DNA of 64,000 bases, from contig CM035357.1 in the NCBI GenBank assembly GCA_020137815.1, positions 4,774,001 through 4,838,000 of the forward strand. Direction: 5' to 3'. Positions 1 through 14,597 of the stretch are shown here, in pieces. How positions within the stretch are numbered: the stretch's first letter is position 1; every line of letters starts with the position of its first letter. The notes below the pieces were generated by a model. The model was given only the letters and a program-made list of their open reading frames with translations. It made no database searches and had not been told where the DNA came from. The position numbers and the translations under genes are program-made. This DNA comes from Hormiphora californensis. Its lineage: Eukaryota > Animalia > Ctenophora.

Positions 1-90
1 CATGTTAACCCCAAGCCTCATAAGATAGTGTATCATGAGAGGGACGTAAGAGGGATGTGAATTGATGAGTAATAGAATAGAATTGATATA

Positions 91-253
91 CAGTCGGACC
101 CCGATGCCCGGGGGAAAGGGTTTTGCCCGGTAAATCGGGGTGCCCGGTATATCGGGGTCAAAATACCGTTAATTTCCTATATCGGGGGAAGTTTATCGTC
201 CCGGTAAATCGGGGTTCCGGTAAATCGGGGTCCGGTAAATCGGGGTCCGACTG
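91..253. mobile_element. Tc1/mariner-type MITE, CAGTCGGACCCCGAT family
   Basis: TA|CAGTCGGACCCCGAT...ATCGGGGTCCGACTG|TA with internal CCGGTAAATCGGGG repeats. Further copies at 6986, ~29578, ~42625, ~45475 and ~46486. Confidence 0.85.
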
Positions 254-347
254 TAACGGTTAAATATCATGCCCCAAAAGTCGAAAGATGCCATAGTTAG
301 TTTTCCATGAGATAAATCAAATAAAAATATTTATGACATGAACTTAC

Positions 348-2476
<2,129 letters not shown>

Positions 2477-3534
2477 CTGAAGGAATAGGAAATTGTTAGT
2501 GACGATTACATAACGGACATGATCAAACTGCTGATAGCCGCGGAGTTGATGTAACTGCCTTGTTTTACATCGGAAATGGAATACTAGAGAAGCCGACCCA
2601 AAATAAAGTTAACCTCTATTTATCGACATGGGGTAGCTCCATGGGCTAGTTTAAATTAGTTTTGGGCTTCCGTATTTGGTATTACTATTTCGATTAACAT
2701 ATTATTATATCATTATATGGTAGAAAGACATTAGTAATTAGTATTACCTCATCAGGCGGTAGAGTTTCCTTTAGCTTTGTAGTAGTGTAAATATTATTCA
2801 GATTCAACCTAGGAGTAGAAAAAAGGAGTGAAACAAATGTGTTCATAAAACTTAAATAATCTTTAGTCTTTGCAGTTCAACTGTTTCAATTAAATAACTT
2901 ACGAATTCATGATAATAAGAAGTATGAGTATTCAGCTTCAAGTTGACACTGGCAGAGTAGCGGGTGCACTTCACCTCGGGCCGGTACAGTCAATGAGGAA
3001 ATGAGCATGGCTACTGGCTCAGACTATATAGGCAGGCACGATAGGCAGTCAAAATAGGCAGTCAAAATAGGCAGTCAACGTTAATGAGATTAAAGCATAG
3101 ATGTGCGTGTAAGATGGTTGGTATGGATCATCCAACGCGACATTTACAAAATTTAGCACGATGCGCGCCGCATTAATGCAGCGCTTGCGGCCGGCCTTTT
3201 TATTTCCGAAAAAGTTTTTTGTCCAGGATTTTATTTTTCCCACTAAAATTTTTCCCATTCACACGCACACTCTTTTCAACTGTCCACTTTCCCATAAAAA
3301 AGTTCAAAAGACATCATAAAACACACCGTGCATCCTAGTGTCTCTTGAAATAATTGTCTTTTGGACTTTTTGGACCGGTATTCACCTGCACAAAACCACA
3401 TCACACAGTTCACTCATTCACCCACAACCTCCACCTTTGTAGTAGACATATGTCCCTCAATTGAACTTCAAATTCATTCTCCACACTGAACTCACACTCA
3501 CAACACGTCTCATCCAAGTGCTTCACTTCACTTC

Positions 3535-6500
3535 ATGAACGAGGTAACATTTGTTTTCTCTCTCAGTTACGAGACGCGTAATACGCTACGTTGTTGAGGA
3601 GTAAGGGACAGTTCCGCCTAATTACACCTATTTTTGTAAACCCTTTAAGTGAGTTCTATTCATAAGCCAGTCTTTATATAGATGTCCATTGGGGTTAACC
3701 AATTTCTGTTGGATTTGCTAGGTACAAAGTTTGGTAAAAGGATTGCAAATAGTGTTCCCTCTGTATTTCAGTAAGAACTGGTCATTTACACATACTTTGA
3801 ATGTAACATAGGTGAAATAAACTGCCAGCCAGTGGGAAATATACCGCCGCTCGCTGGCTGTTTATTTAGAGCGTGCCAGTGGTACTTCCCGCCACTGGCT
3901 CATTATTTAAGCTAGCAGGGTATATATTAGTTCCAATTTCATAACAAAATAAATATTAAAGTTCAAACAATATGACTTTTACAACCTTTTTATTTATTCC
4001 TTCAGATCAAGGAGAAAACTGGGAAACGAGTGATAGTTGTAGGGGCTACGTCTTCCAATGTGGTATGTACCGTTGGATCCCGATTTAAAGTGAAAGGTGC
4101 ACGAAATCGAAAATCACACCCAAATTCCAAACTAGGAACGTGGCATGCACGTGCAAGCTTCAAACACAACTTAGAAGCATGGGACGGTGTTTGAATCTTC
4201 CACGTGTATGCGTATCCCTAGTAATCAATGAATTTCAAACACAACATTGAGACTTCATCTTTTCACCACCCTTTTAGTAGGACACCAAAGAATGTTACAA
4301 CTTACACACGATTTTTTTTAGGGGCGATTCCAAAAAGACGTCCAGGGGTAGGGGGAGTTAGCCGATTTCGGACATCTCTGGACAAGGGGAGGGGGAGGCC
4401 GAGGGGGTTGACGCAATTCGGACTGTCCCAGGTTTTGAAGAAAATTTTTACTGATTTTGCAAGATATAGGTGGACAAAACTCGGACATAGGGGGAGGAAG
4501 AGGGTTTGGCAGATTCGGACAGGGGGGGGAGGAAGGGGAGGTAAAAAATGACCAAAAATCATGAACGTCCTTTTTGAATCGCCCTTCAAACATTATCCCA
4601 ACTTTCGTTTTCGTGCACCGCTTACTTTAACGGCACCCTCGGGGGAAGGACTTAGTCCGCTAAATCAGGGTCATGTAAAATACTGCTAATTTGCTAATAT
4701 CGAAGGAAGATTATCCTGCCGTTAAATCGGGGTGCCGTTAAATCGACTGTACGATGATCTTTTGCTACTTCAGAAAATATCTACTAAGTTCTAGTTTAAT
4801 TATCCTTTGTATTTATTATTCTGCCTGAATATCATAATATATGTTATCCGATCACTCAACAATCTATTAATTATCATTGGTTTTATTGTCAGAAAAGCGT
4901 TGAACGTAAACGAGCACCGGACCCGTTCGAATCCTCGGATGATGATTTCGTAAGTCATTTATTATGAGCGTGGGGATGAGCCGTACCTCCGAATTCCGAA
5001 AGTGATACTTGTGCAAAATCAAACTACGGGAACATACTAGAACAATTCCTTGGTAACTTTTTGCAAACTATGAGTTTCTTATTCAAAATTTAATTTTTCA
5101 TTCATGAACTATTTACACGTTCATAAATGAGTGAGCCATTTTGTTTGGGTTGAATTTATCGCTCCAATGAGCACCATAAAATCAAATTGGAGCACCAGGT
5201 CACAATGGCAGTTGAGAAAATCCACGTGCATGATTTTGGCTCTTCCTGTGACTTTCAATCAGCTGTAACACAGCTTTTGGTCTTGGTTTTTCTTGTGTGC
5301 GAAGATCTTTGCTTATTGTTCACCGGTATTTTTACAAAGATGATTGAAAGTCGCGTCGCAGGAAGAGCCAAAATCATGCATGTGCATTTTTGTGGTGCTC
5401 ATTGGAAAGATAAATTTAACCCAAACAAAATGGCTCACTCTCGGTAAATTAGAGTCCTTAATTTGTTAAATACATAGTTCATGAATGAAAAATGAAATTT
5501 TGGATAAAAAACTCATAATTTGCAAACAGTTACCAAGGAATTGTTCCAGCATGTCCCCGTAGTTTCTTTTTGCACAAGTATCACCATTTCGGAGGTACGG
5601 CTCGTCCTCCACGGACATAATTTAGATATTATGTAGTTAACTCATTCGATTATTTATATGCTCGCCATATACTATTAATCTAGCTCTAAAAGTAGTCGGG
5701 GATGGCGATTTTTTATTCATTTTGTATTTGCATTCATTTTATCGCTGATTTTACTACATAGGTGGAATCATACAAGAGCAAACAAGCGCCTGTACAAGAC
5801 AGAGAGGTGAAGAAGAAGACAGTGCATCCCGATAATGGAAATCTTGATCTGCCATCTCAGGTGAGACATGTTACTGAAAGACATGTAACGGTGTAACACA
5901 GCGTCACTCTAGTTAAATCTTGACCCCTCCCCACCCGTTATGTGATACTGAATTAACATGTTATCCGACAGATCACGAGGTTTGACAGTGGCATGGATGA
6001 TGCTTTGGAAAGAAAGAGAGATGAGCTTATAAAGGCAGAACGCATTACATTCGCTATATCTACATCGCAAAGCTACAAAAGCCTGCCTTCGTTTAGATCA
6101 GCCCCGGATAACCATCCCTTGGAGGAAAACGTACCTTTCAGGAGGATAAGGCGTAAAGTACTCCAATGTTCTCATGGCACCAGAAGAAAGAAACAGGTAA
6201 TAGTGGTTTACAGCGAGTAATTGCGCGACACAATGTGTGTTAAAGTAAGAGTGGCGTGCCGTGTTTTCTCACAAAACGTAGTGGATGAACGGGGAGTACC
6301 ATCAGGACCATTGCTAGGGTATTGAAAATTTCTAATTCTGTCTCGTTCATTAGTTATGACATAATATGTTCAATGTTGTTTTGTTCACGGGGAGGGAGGG
6401 TCGAACAAGGCAAGTTCAATGTTCATTATTTGAACTTTGATAAAAATGCTCTACAGCAAAATCTGTGCATTTAGTTGTGGATTGAAATGGATGCTTCCAT

Positions 6501-8916
6501 CTCTACCTTGTCTGTAACGCGAGATATCGACAAATATAAAAAACGACCAAAATGAGAGAAAGATAAATTGGTAAACTTGATTGTGTGCACACCCAACTAG
6601 CAACCAAAGATAACAAACTCTCTTTCTCTCATTTTGGTCGTTTTTTATATTTGTCGATATCTCGCGTCACAGACAAGGTAGAGACACCAAAACTTTGGTA
6701 CCCCGGCTATTTTTTTTACGCTGAACACGATGGAAGCATCCATTTCAATCCACAACGTACAGATTTTGCTGTAATGCAATTTTATGAAAGTTCAAATAAT
6801 GAACATGTTACGTCATAACTAATGAACGAGGCAGAATTAGAAATTTTCGATACCGTAGCAATGCAATGGTCCTGATGGTACTCCCCGTTCATCCACTAAG
6901 TTTTGTAAGAAAACACGGTGCACCACTCTTACTTTAAAGTTTAATCATTTCCTTGGTTGATCGAATCAACGAAGCGTGAGATATACAGTCGGACCCCGAT
7001 TTAACGGCCCCCGATTTAGCGGCACCCCGATTTAACGGCAGGATAAATTTCCCCCAAACATTTTTTGAAATTTTTTTTTGAAAATTTTTTGAAATTTTTT
7101 TTGAAATTTTTCAAAGGTGTAACCACGTCCGAATCGTGTTTCGAATCGGTGCACCTTATTGCACGTCATGTCGCTAATTAGACGGTTCGAAACGAACAGA
7201 TATGTGATCCCCATGAGGCCCATCGAGTCGCAATTTTGACGCTTGTTAAACTGGCCCCATGGGGATCATGTATCGGTTAGTTTCGAACCGTCTAATTAGC
7301 GACATGACGTGCGGTTAGATGCATTGATTCGAAACACGATTCGAACGTGGTTTATATACCTTTGAAAAATTTATCTTAATTTTTTTGCAAAATTCTACAG
7401 AATGATTGTCAATGCTTTGATCGGTGCTCCCCATGAATTTTCAGAGGAAAGTATATTTTGAAATTCGAATTCTTCCTCACCCCGCCCAGATTCGGCATCG
7501 TATCACGTATCGGCTCGTTTCGAACTGTCTAATTAGCAGCAAGACATGCGATAAGATGCACTGATTCGATAAACGATTCGGACGTGGTTGATATGTAGTA
7601 TGTACCTTAGAAAAATTTTACAACTTTTTTGAAATTTAAAAAAAATTATTTTGTTTTTCTAATCAGAAAATAGAAATTATCATCTAACTATATCTAATGC
7701 AAATTTGCATGGAAATGTGACACCCTATCGTCAATGTGACGACGTGATCCGTCAATGTGACGACGTGATCCGTCAGCGTGACGACATGATCCGTCAGTGT
7801 GACGACGTGATTCGTAGGTATCACGTATCACACGTGTTGAGAACTGCTTGCGACTTGAGGGGTCACATCACATGTATAAAAGGGAGAGAAAGAGAGAAAA
7901 AGAGAGGGATCACATCACATAGCATATAGCAGATAGGCAGAGAGAAAAACAGACCCCTCGATTTGCGATCGGTACGATCGCCCCAGTTTGCTAGTGTAAT
8001 CAATACATGGACATTGCATTTAACACTTAGAGGTGTTTTAGTAGAGCATTTTGGACAAAAATAGGGTTTTATGGGCCAAATATGCTCTACCCCGATTTAA
8101 CGGACACCCCGATTTAACGGACAAAACCCTTTCCCCCGAGGGTGCCGTTAAATCGGGGTCCGACTGTAGATGAAGGTTTTTATGAAGGAGTATACTTGTT
8201 GTTAGGCGTTGTCCGTGACGGACCCAACGATCTGCTGATTTCTAAACCCTGGATGCATCTTTTTAGCACGTGCGTGCTAAAAGGAGCATCCCGGGTGAAT
8301 GGCTGGCAGGAAAAAGCTTTATGAGGTTTTTGGAAATACTAGATCCATAAATAAATTACCCCCTTACCTAATAAAAAGAAAATTCATACACCACCACTAT
8401 TTTTTCCAGAAATCAGCTAAAGATTCCGAGGGAGATAACCATCAAGCAGAGGTAGGTAGTTAAACACGGCCGAATAGGGCCCGTCGCTCTCTCGCCCTCT
8501 ATCTTTCTCTCTCCCTCCCTCTATCTCTATTACTATATATCTATCGTTGTTGATGAGAGGGGTCACATCACACAGTCAGTGCTTGATAGGTAGTAGGTGA
8601 GATCTGATCATGGGTGGGATGTGCTCTGATTTTAGCCGTTAGCGGGTGATATGATTCGGGGTAACTAGTAAAATTGGGGGATCTGTTCCTATATTTTCTC
8701 TCTCTCTCTCTCTGTCGACTGTCCCTCTGTCTCTCCGTCTCTCTGCCTCACTCTCGCTGTCTCTCTATCTCCCTTTATCTCTCCCTGTCTTTCTGTCCGG
8801 GTTCAGTACCCATAGTTACCGTTTCAGTTGCCATGACAACCATAATTTTGTGAATAAAGAGCGCCCCAGAGTCAACAGCCCTTACTTGAGGCGCACCCGG
8901 TGGTGATGTGACCCCC

Positions 8917-8991
<75 letters not shown>

Positions 8992-9229
8992 GTGTGAGAT
9001 CATATATCTTACTATATAATGCAAAAACACCCGAAACTTGATCCCACCCATGCATGTTTGGTGGTCCCTAAATCGTCGTCATCAAGATCAGATCACGTAA
9101 CAAGTAGCATGCTAGGAGCACCCCACATGCATGATCAGATCACCCCACTGAGGATCAGATCCCCCCACCCAAGATCAGATCATCCCATAGAGGATCAGAT
9201 CACCCCACCCATGATCAGATTACCCAAGT

Positions 9230-9267
<38 letters not shown>

Positions 9268-11200
9268 GGGGGGGAGAGAGAGTACTAAGAGGAAACTGAG
9301 AAGTGAGAGATATGAAAAACGATCAGGTTTAAACCATCCGTAGGATGGTGTGGGTCCACTAGTATCTATAATGTGATGCAATCCTTGGGTTGGGTTGACT
9401 TTGGTCTGTATTCGGGTCGGGGGCCCTTCCCAGGCCCCGAATAATTTACTGAACCACTTTTCGTGTTAGGTAGGACCAGCGAAAGAACAAAGGGTCAGAA
9501 AAGAGCTATTAAAAAAGACGAAGTGTGGAGCTAAGTACATATTTAACGAGTACGAAATCTTTCCCGAGTTCAAGGTAATTGAAAAATGGTCTTCTCTGAG
9601 GGGGGGGGGGGGGGGTCTGAGGATCAAAAAATGCACTGAGGTTTACATATATGTGATGTAACTCGAGTATTTTGAAGTTGTTACCCAATACCCACACATA
9701 ACACGCATTGGTTGAGAACTTCAAAAATCTGACTTTATCATGACGAACTATTTCTCTTATAGATACCGATCACAAAGAAAAACGATTGGAGAACAAAGCA
9801 GAATCTTCTAGATCTTCTGAGAAACTCAAAAGATCCCGAAATTGTTACTGTAACCATTCTAGAGGAGTTCCCTGACCACAACCATAAAATGGTTTGTCAG
9901 AAGACTGCCTTGACATGTGGTAAATACTATGTTGACTCAATTCAGGCAGTGTTTGTTCTCATTTCTTCCGTCACTCGCTCCCCGTTTCGAAAATATAACT
10001 CCCTCTCCCTCTCCCATTATTACCAGACTAAGTGCTCATAAAAATACGTTTTTCAGATGAGAAGAGTGTTGTTGTAAAACTTGGGACATCCACCGGTCCA
10101 TCAGGGGTCAAGTTGGCTTCAGCTGTCGAAAGTCTCTGTGACCTCGAGTTCATTGACACTCTTGTGGACAGACAAACTGCCTATAACTTGAAGAGGAAGT
10201 TTGAAGGACGACAGGCTGGTTATGAAGGCGATATTGAGAGGCTGAAAACCCTACTGAAGCAGATCCCTGAACCCGGATTTTTTTACAAGATTGAGTCGGA
10301 TAATCTTAAAGACTTCCGGCTGATTATACAATCTGGTAAGTTTGAGGTTTGAGTAAAGTTATGATGGTGTGAAGTTTTGGAGTTTTATTGCCTCATATTA
10401 CCAACTCGCCCGTTTGATTGAGTTATAATGAAACACGACTCGCTTGAACTACCTGCTCTCGTATATAAATTCGATGCTCAAAACATCTCAGCAGTCAGCA
10501 CTAAAAAAATCATAATTGTCATTATTATTCCCTGCAGAGTTTATGAAGAAGATGATGCTCAAATATGGAGGCATGACACTATTTTTGGATAGCACCCACA
10601 ACACCACAAAATATCCAGGGATATCCCAGCTCAATCTAATGGTGCGAACCAATGATCGGTTCCAGGTTAGTTAACACTTAACATGAGAGTGGATAGCGAC
10701 AGAAACAGAATTGGACATTGATAAGAATTGTGAGATTAAGGTTAGACTTAGAGTTAGACTGAATACTAATTCCCCGATAGATTGCCGCGGTCATGTTTAC
10801 CAGCAGTGAGTGCTCGGATGCGATCAGCTATTTTATGAAAGCTTTGAAAGCCAGACTACCTTCGGATTTTAATCCTCGGTATCTAATGATTGACTATTGC
10901 GGCGCTGAGGTTAATGGAGTAAAAGATGTCTTCCCGGAAACCAAAGTGTTGATATGCATATTCCACATACTGCAGGTACAATACTTTTTCTGGGTGTCCG
11001 GAGTTATAACCGACAGGACGCATGACCGACCAAATTTTAGGGCTTCGTTTTAGGTTAACGGTTAGGGTTAGGGGTGTGGTTAGGGGTTAGGGGTTAAGAG
11101 TTAAGGGCGATTGAATTTCATTCGGTCATGCGTCCCGTCAGTCATGAGTCCGGGAGCCCTTTTTCTCTCTGCCGCCGTTCTCTCTCCCCTACTCTTTCTC

Positions 11201-11246
<46 letters not shown>

Positions 11247-11269
11247 TCTGTGTGTCTCTCTCTCTCTCT

Positions 11270-11353
<84 letters not shown>

Positions 11354-12953
11354 TGGTTGAAACTATTTTCAGGCCTGGCGAAGGTGGGTTAAGTCAAATA
11401 TTCCGAAATCTGAGCAAGAGATTAACATCCAGTTAGCTACGCGGGTTATGTATGCACATAACAAGGTATATGCTGCGGATGCTGAGCGGCAACTGTTGGA
11501 GAACGGAAACCCTGTATTTGTCAAGTATTACGAAACGTACTACCAGCAGATAAAGGAGGTGATTTGACTTATATCATTGCACATTATAATATCTTTCTTT
11601 AGGGATTTGATATGTATCTTATGTCTTTATCCCATGATTCTAATAATTTTTTTCCTAAGAGGTGGGTAATATGTTATCGAGAACAACGAATCGATGCGTC
11701 CAATACCAACAACGGCGTGGAACGGTTTAATCGTGCCATCAAGGACGCCTTAGACAAATCAGGAAGGACCTACTCAATCTTTGATACTGTCAAGGTAACA
11801 TAACTAGGTCATGAATTTTAATCATATAACAGAGCACTGCAGGCGGTGCTCTATTTTATGATTAGATGACTGCTTAAAATGATCCAATGATAAATATAGT
11901 CGTTCCTTAATTAGATGGCTATCACTTGTATTCCTGATTCTAAAGTAACTTCAAAAATTATTAAGATCGCCCTTCTAACTCCGAGCGATGGGCCCAGCAC
12001 CTGCCTTAGCTCAGGTTTCACTGTATATAACTAGTGATCTGGGGCCAGCCCTGCCCAGAATCAATATTCCTTTCTCACGCCTGATAATCTATTCTATGTA
12101 CAGGTTTTGATTGATGTCGCTGAACAAAAGATGTTCCAGCATATAGAGGCCCAGCTCACCATGGATCAGAAAATGGTTGAGCCCTCTATCGATACTCCGG
12201 AATTTCTTGTGGAGTCGACCGAGCTTCTGTGGAAGCACTTCAAGAAAGAAAAGAAATTAGCCAAACATCTGTGTGATCAATGTACGTTTAAATTGCCTTG
12301 TTCGACCCTCCCTCCCCGCGCTGTTGTTTGAACAAAACAACGTTTAAACTGCCTATTTTTTCTCGATCGATATGTAAATTATACCATACTAGAAACTAGG
12401 ATCCAAAGAGTTACAGTGCCAGCTGCTTGATTGCATGTCCTAACTACTACCATTCATTTCAGATGGCCCAGGAAAGATTGAACAGGTTATGAAGGTAATT
12501 TTCCGGTGTCATGAGCCTCACCGTGAGGAGCCACACATTGTGAATCTGCTCCACCCTTCATGCTCCTGCCGGTCCTTCACGAACACACGATTTCCTTGCC
12601 GGCACATGTTTGGAATTCTGACTAGAGGTATGGCGAAATGGGATGATTTCCCAGAAGCCTTCCGAACAAACCCATACTTCATCAAAGAAGACTTGGGGCT
12701 GGTTGGAACATCGTGCTGGCCAGTTTTTATCGAGAATGACTTCCCGCCCCCGTCTGACAATGAAGATGAAGACACTGACATCATTGCCCAGCACCCGGTC
12801 GAAGATAGGCGTGGAAACATAAATGCGCTGGCCGAAGGGATGAAAGGGTTATCTAGGGACAGCAAATTCGAGAAGTTATCTCCACAGGACTTGAAAACTA
12901 TTGAGGAGAAGTTCAAGGAGTGTTATAATCTTTTTGCGTCAAAATTAGGTTAG
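3535..12953 (+). CDS. Intron-rich Mutator/MULE DDE transposase (Zn finger + MULE + SWIM), ~780 aa
   Basis: Phase-consistent exons 4006-4062, 4893-4949, 5762-5860, 5972-6196, 8410-8451, 9470-9574, 9763-9919, 10057-10335, 10538-10665, 10781-10975, 11373-11558, 11660-11794, 12104-12281, 12463-12953. Motifs: VLQCSHG..KKTKCGA..DHNH; LFLDSTHNT (D1); LMIDY (D2); CIFH; NTNNGVERFNRAIK (E); CSCRSFTNTRFPCRH (SWIM). The start exon (ATG AAC GAG|gt at 3535) is tentative. Confidence 0.9.
4321..4585. mobile_element. PIF/Harbinger-like MITE
   Basis: TTA|GGGGCGATTCCAAAAAGACGTCC...GAACGTCCTTTTTGAATCGCCC. A related, inverted copy lies at ~63163-63349 with TAA flanks. Confidence 0.7.
4962..5620. mobile_element. 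Long palindromic MITE in a transposase intron
   Basis: ~230-bp imperfect inverted arms: GAGCCGTACCTCCGAA...TTCGGAGGTACGGCTC. Confidence 0.75.
6244..6933. mobile_element. TTAA-flanked palindromic MITE (Kolobok-like AG...CT ends)
   Basis: TTAA|AGTAAGAGTGG...CCACTCTTACT|TTAA with long inverted arms. Similar ends occur at ~14450-14572 and ~15977-16203. Confidence 0.75.
6986..8166. mobile_element. Large CAGTCGGACCCC-family element with an internal palindrome and a nested Helitron
   Basis: TA|CAGTCGGACCCCGATTTAACGG...CCGTTAAATCGGGGTCCGACTG|TA; internal inverted repeat at ~7110-7370. Confidence 0.8.
7683..7994 (+). mobile_element. Non-autonomous Helitron, 21-bp repeat family
   Basis: A|TCTAACTATATCTAATGC start, (CGTCAGTGTGACGACGTGATC)n, 3' hairpin GCGATCGgtaCGATCGC, then CTAG|T. 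No TSD. Confidence 0.8.
9007..9362 (+). mobile_element. Non-autonomous Helitron, GATCAGATCACC repeat family
   Basis: A|TCTTACTATATAATGC start, ~20-bp GATCAGATCACC repeats, hairpin ACCATCCgtaGGATGGT, then CTAG|T. Confidence 0.75.
10992..11158. mobile_element. MITE with an internal telomere-like (TTAGGG)n tract
   Basis: Imperfect TIRs (CCGGAGTTAT..GACGCATGACCGA / TCGGTCATGCGTC..GAGTCCGG), direct flanks CTTTTTCT, and degenerate GGTTAG repeats at 11050-11107. Confidence 0.7.
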
Positions 12954-13305
12954 ATTTTATTATTTCACATATTTTTAATCGATTTTTAAATTAACAAAAT
13001 TAATAAATAGGTATTCTAACAACGCTTGTTTTGGTGATATTTTCTCTTGAACATACATTAAACCAGAAAATTCAAGTGTTCTTCTTTTAAATAAGGATTC
13101 CAAGGTAAAGCTGTTACAAGGTCTTGCTACGTCGTGTGTATTCGTGTATTTTTAGCGTAATACACCGTGTACAGTGTACACTGCAGTACACTGTACGAGA
13201 CGACCGGGATCTATGTAACGCGCGGGCGCCTCTCTGCATATTTCTGGACTATTAATCTTCGCGCGCACGTACCAACATGTGAAGAACCGCGTGAGTACTT
13301 ACCTG

Positions 13306-13716
13306 CTACCCTCGTTGCGGGGGTGCGCGCATGAGGGGGCTGCAGCGCATTCCAAAATAATAATCGTTCCAATCATGAATCAGGCCTGCAGCGCATGCCA
13401 GAATCAGCCCAAATTTTTTTGAAGTGACGTCGACGTTTGAAAAGCGCTGCCTTATCCCGCGCTGCCAGGGGGCCAGCAACGTTTGCAACGTCGACGTTTT
13501 TTTAAAAATTTTTTTGGAAAAGAGGTTTTTTTTACCGCGACCGGACGAACGCGCAAACCTTGGCATACGCTGCAGGGGGCGCGCGCATAATTAAATAGGT
13601 CGCGCGCGCGAGAAGCTCGTCGGCCAACAAAAAGTTTCCAAATTTTTTTCACTTTTTACTGTTTTTTTTGGAATGCGCTGCAGCCCCCTCATGCGCGCAC
13701 CCCCGCAACGAGGGGA
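13306..13716. repeat. GC-rich inverted repeat (probable MITE) downstream of the transposase
   Basis: CCCTCGTTGCGGGGGTGCGCGCATGAGGGGGCTGCAGCGCATTCCAAAA and its reverse complement at ~13667-13714. Confidence 0.7.
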
Positions 13717-14597
13717 CTGGAGGGAATGCCGCGCGCGCGTTTGGCCAGATCTGGCCAGAGTCGAAAATAACTTTGCGAGCGAAAAAACGGCGGTGCTCAT
13801 AACTTTGGCCCCTGAAGTCCGTTTGACTTGATTCTTTCACCAGTTGTTAGATCTGACAATTATCTACCTTGCTGTTTTTGAGAGAAGTTAATTGGACTTC
13901 AGGAGGCTGAGCAATAGCCGTTCAAAGATTGGTTGTTTTCAAAAAGTGACGTCACAGGTCCCTGCAGGGACACTTTTGTTTCAAATTTGAATTAAAATCT
14001 CGAATTTTTTATTTTACCGCACTCGATTTTGCGGAGTTTCGTTCATATCTCCTGTTCCTGATAAGATAGAGACCTGAAACCGGTTGCATTTGAAAGCTGT
14101 TATCTTCCTCTTTCCAACGCTACCAAAACGATTTCTGTACCTTATCTGGAACCGGAGATATGATTGATTATATATTCCCCCCCAGCGCGGTATTCCCTCC
14201 AGGCCCCTTATATTATATTATAAGGGGCCTGCAACGTATGCCAACTGTTTTTTAAAACTTTTTACGAGCCTTTTCTGTTAAAAACGAGAACCAGGATGCG
14301 TCCAGCGGGTGCTAAGATAACAGAGGTCGATAAGCTGATAAAATAGAAAATTCTGGTTAATTTTTTGACATTATTACACGTTTTAGTTGGTGTGTACTTC
14401 TGCACTGTCTGTACTCTATTTCTTTTTGGCTCTTTGCTTAATCGGTTGTAAAGTCCGTTTCAAGCGACTTGACCCGTAATTCTTGGAATTTGGCGCATTG
14501 CGCGTGTATTTACAAAGGGGAAATACTGAATTTCCAGGAATCTCAGGTCAAGTCGTTTGAAACGCACTTTAATGTTTGTTTGCTTGTTTTGTTCGTA

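Noticed and set aside
7705-7929. RQCDDVI-repeat ORFs and a CRISPR-like look of the 21-bp array (also 31567-31836)
   Set aside because: Head-to-tail repeats without spacers inside a non-autonomous Helitron, in a eukaryotic context with no cas genes.
2900-14250. Terminal inverted repeats enclosing the MULE transposase
   Set aside because: I could not match the upstream and downstream flanks by eye; a dot-plot is needed.
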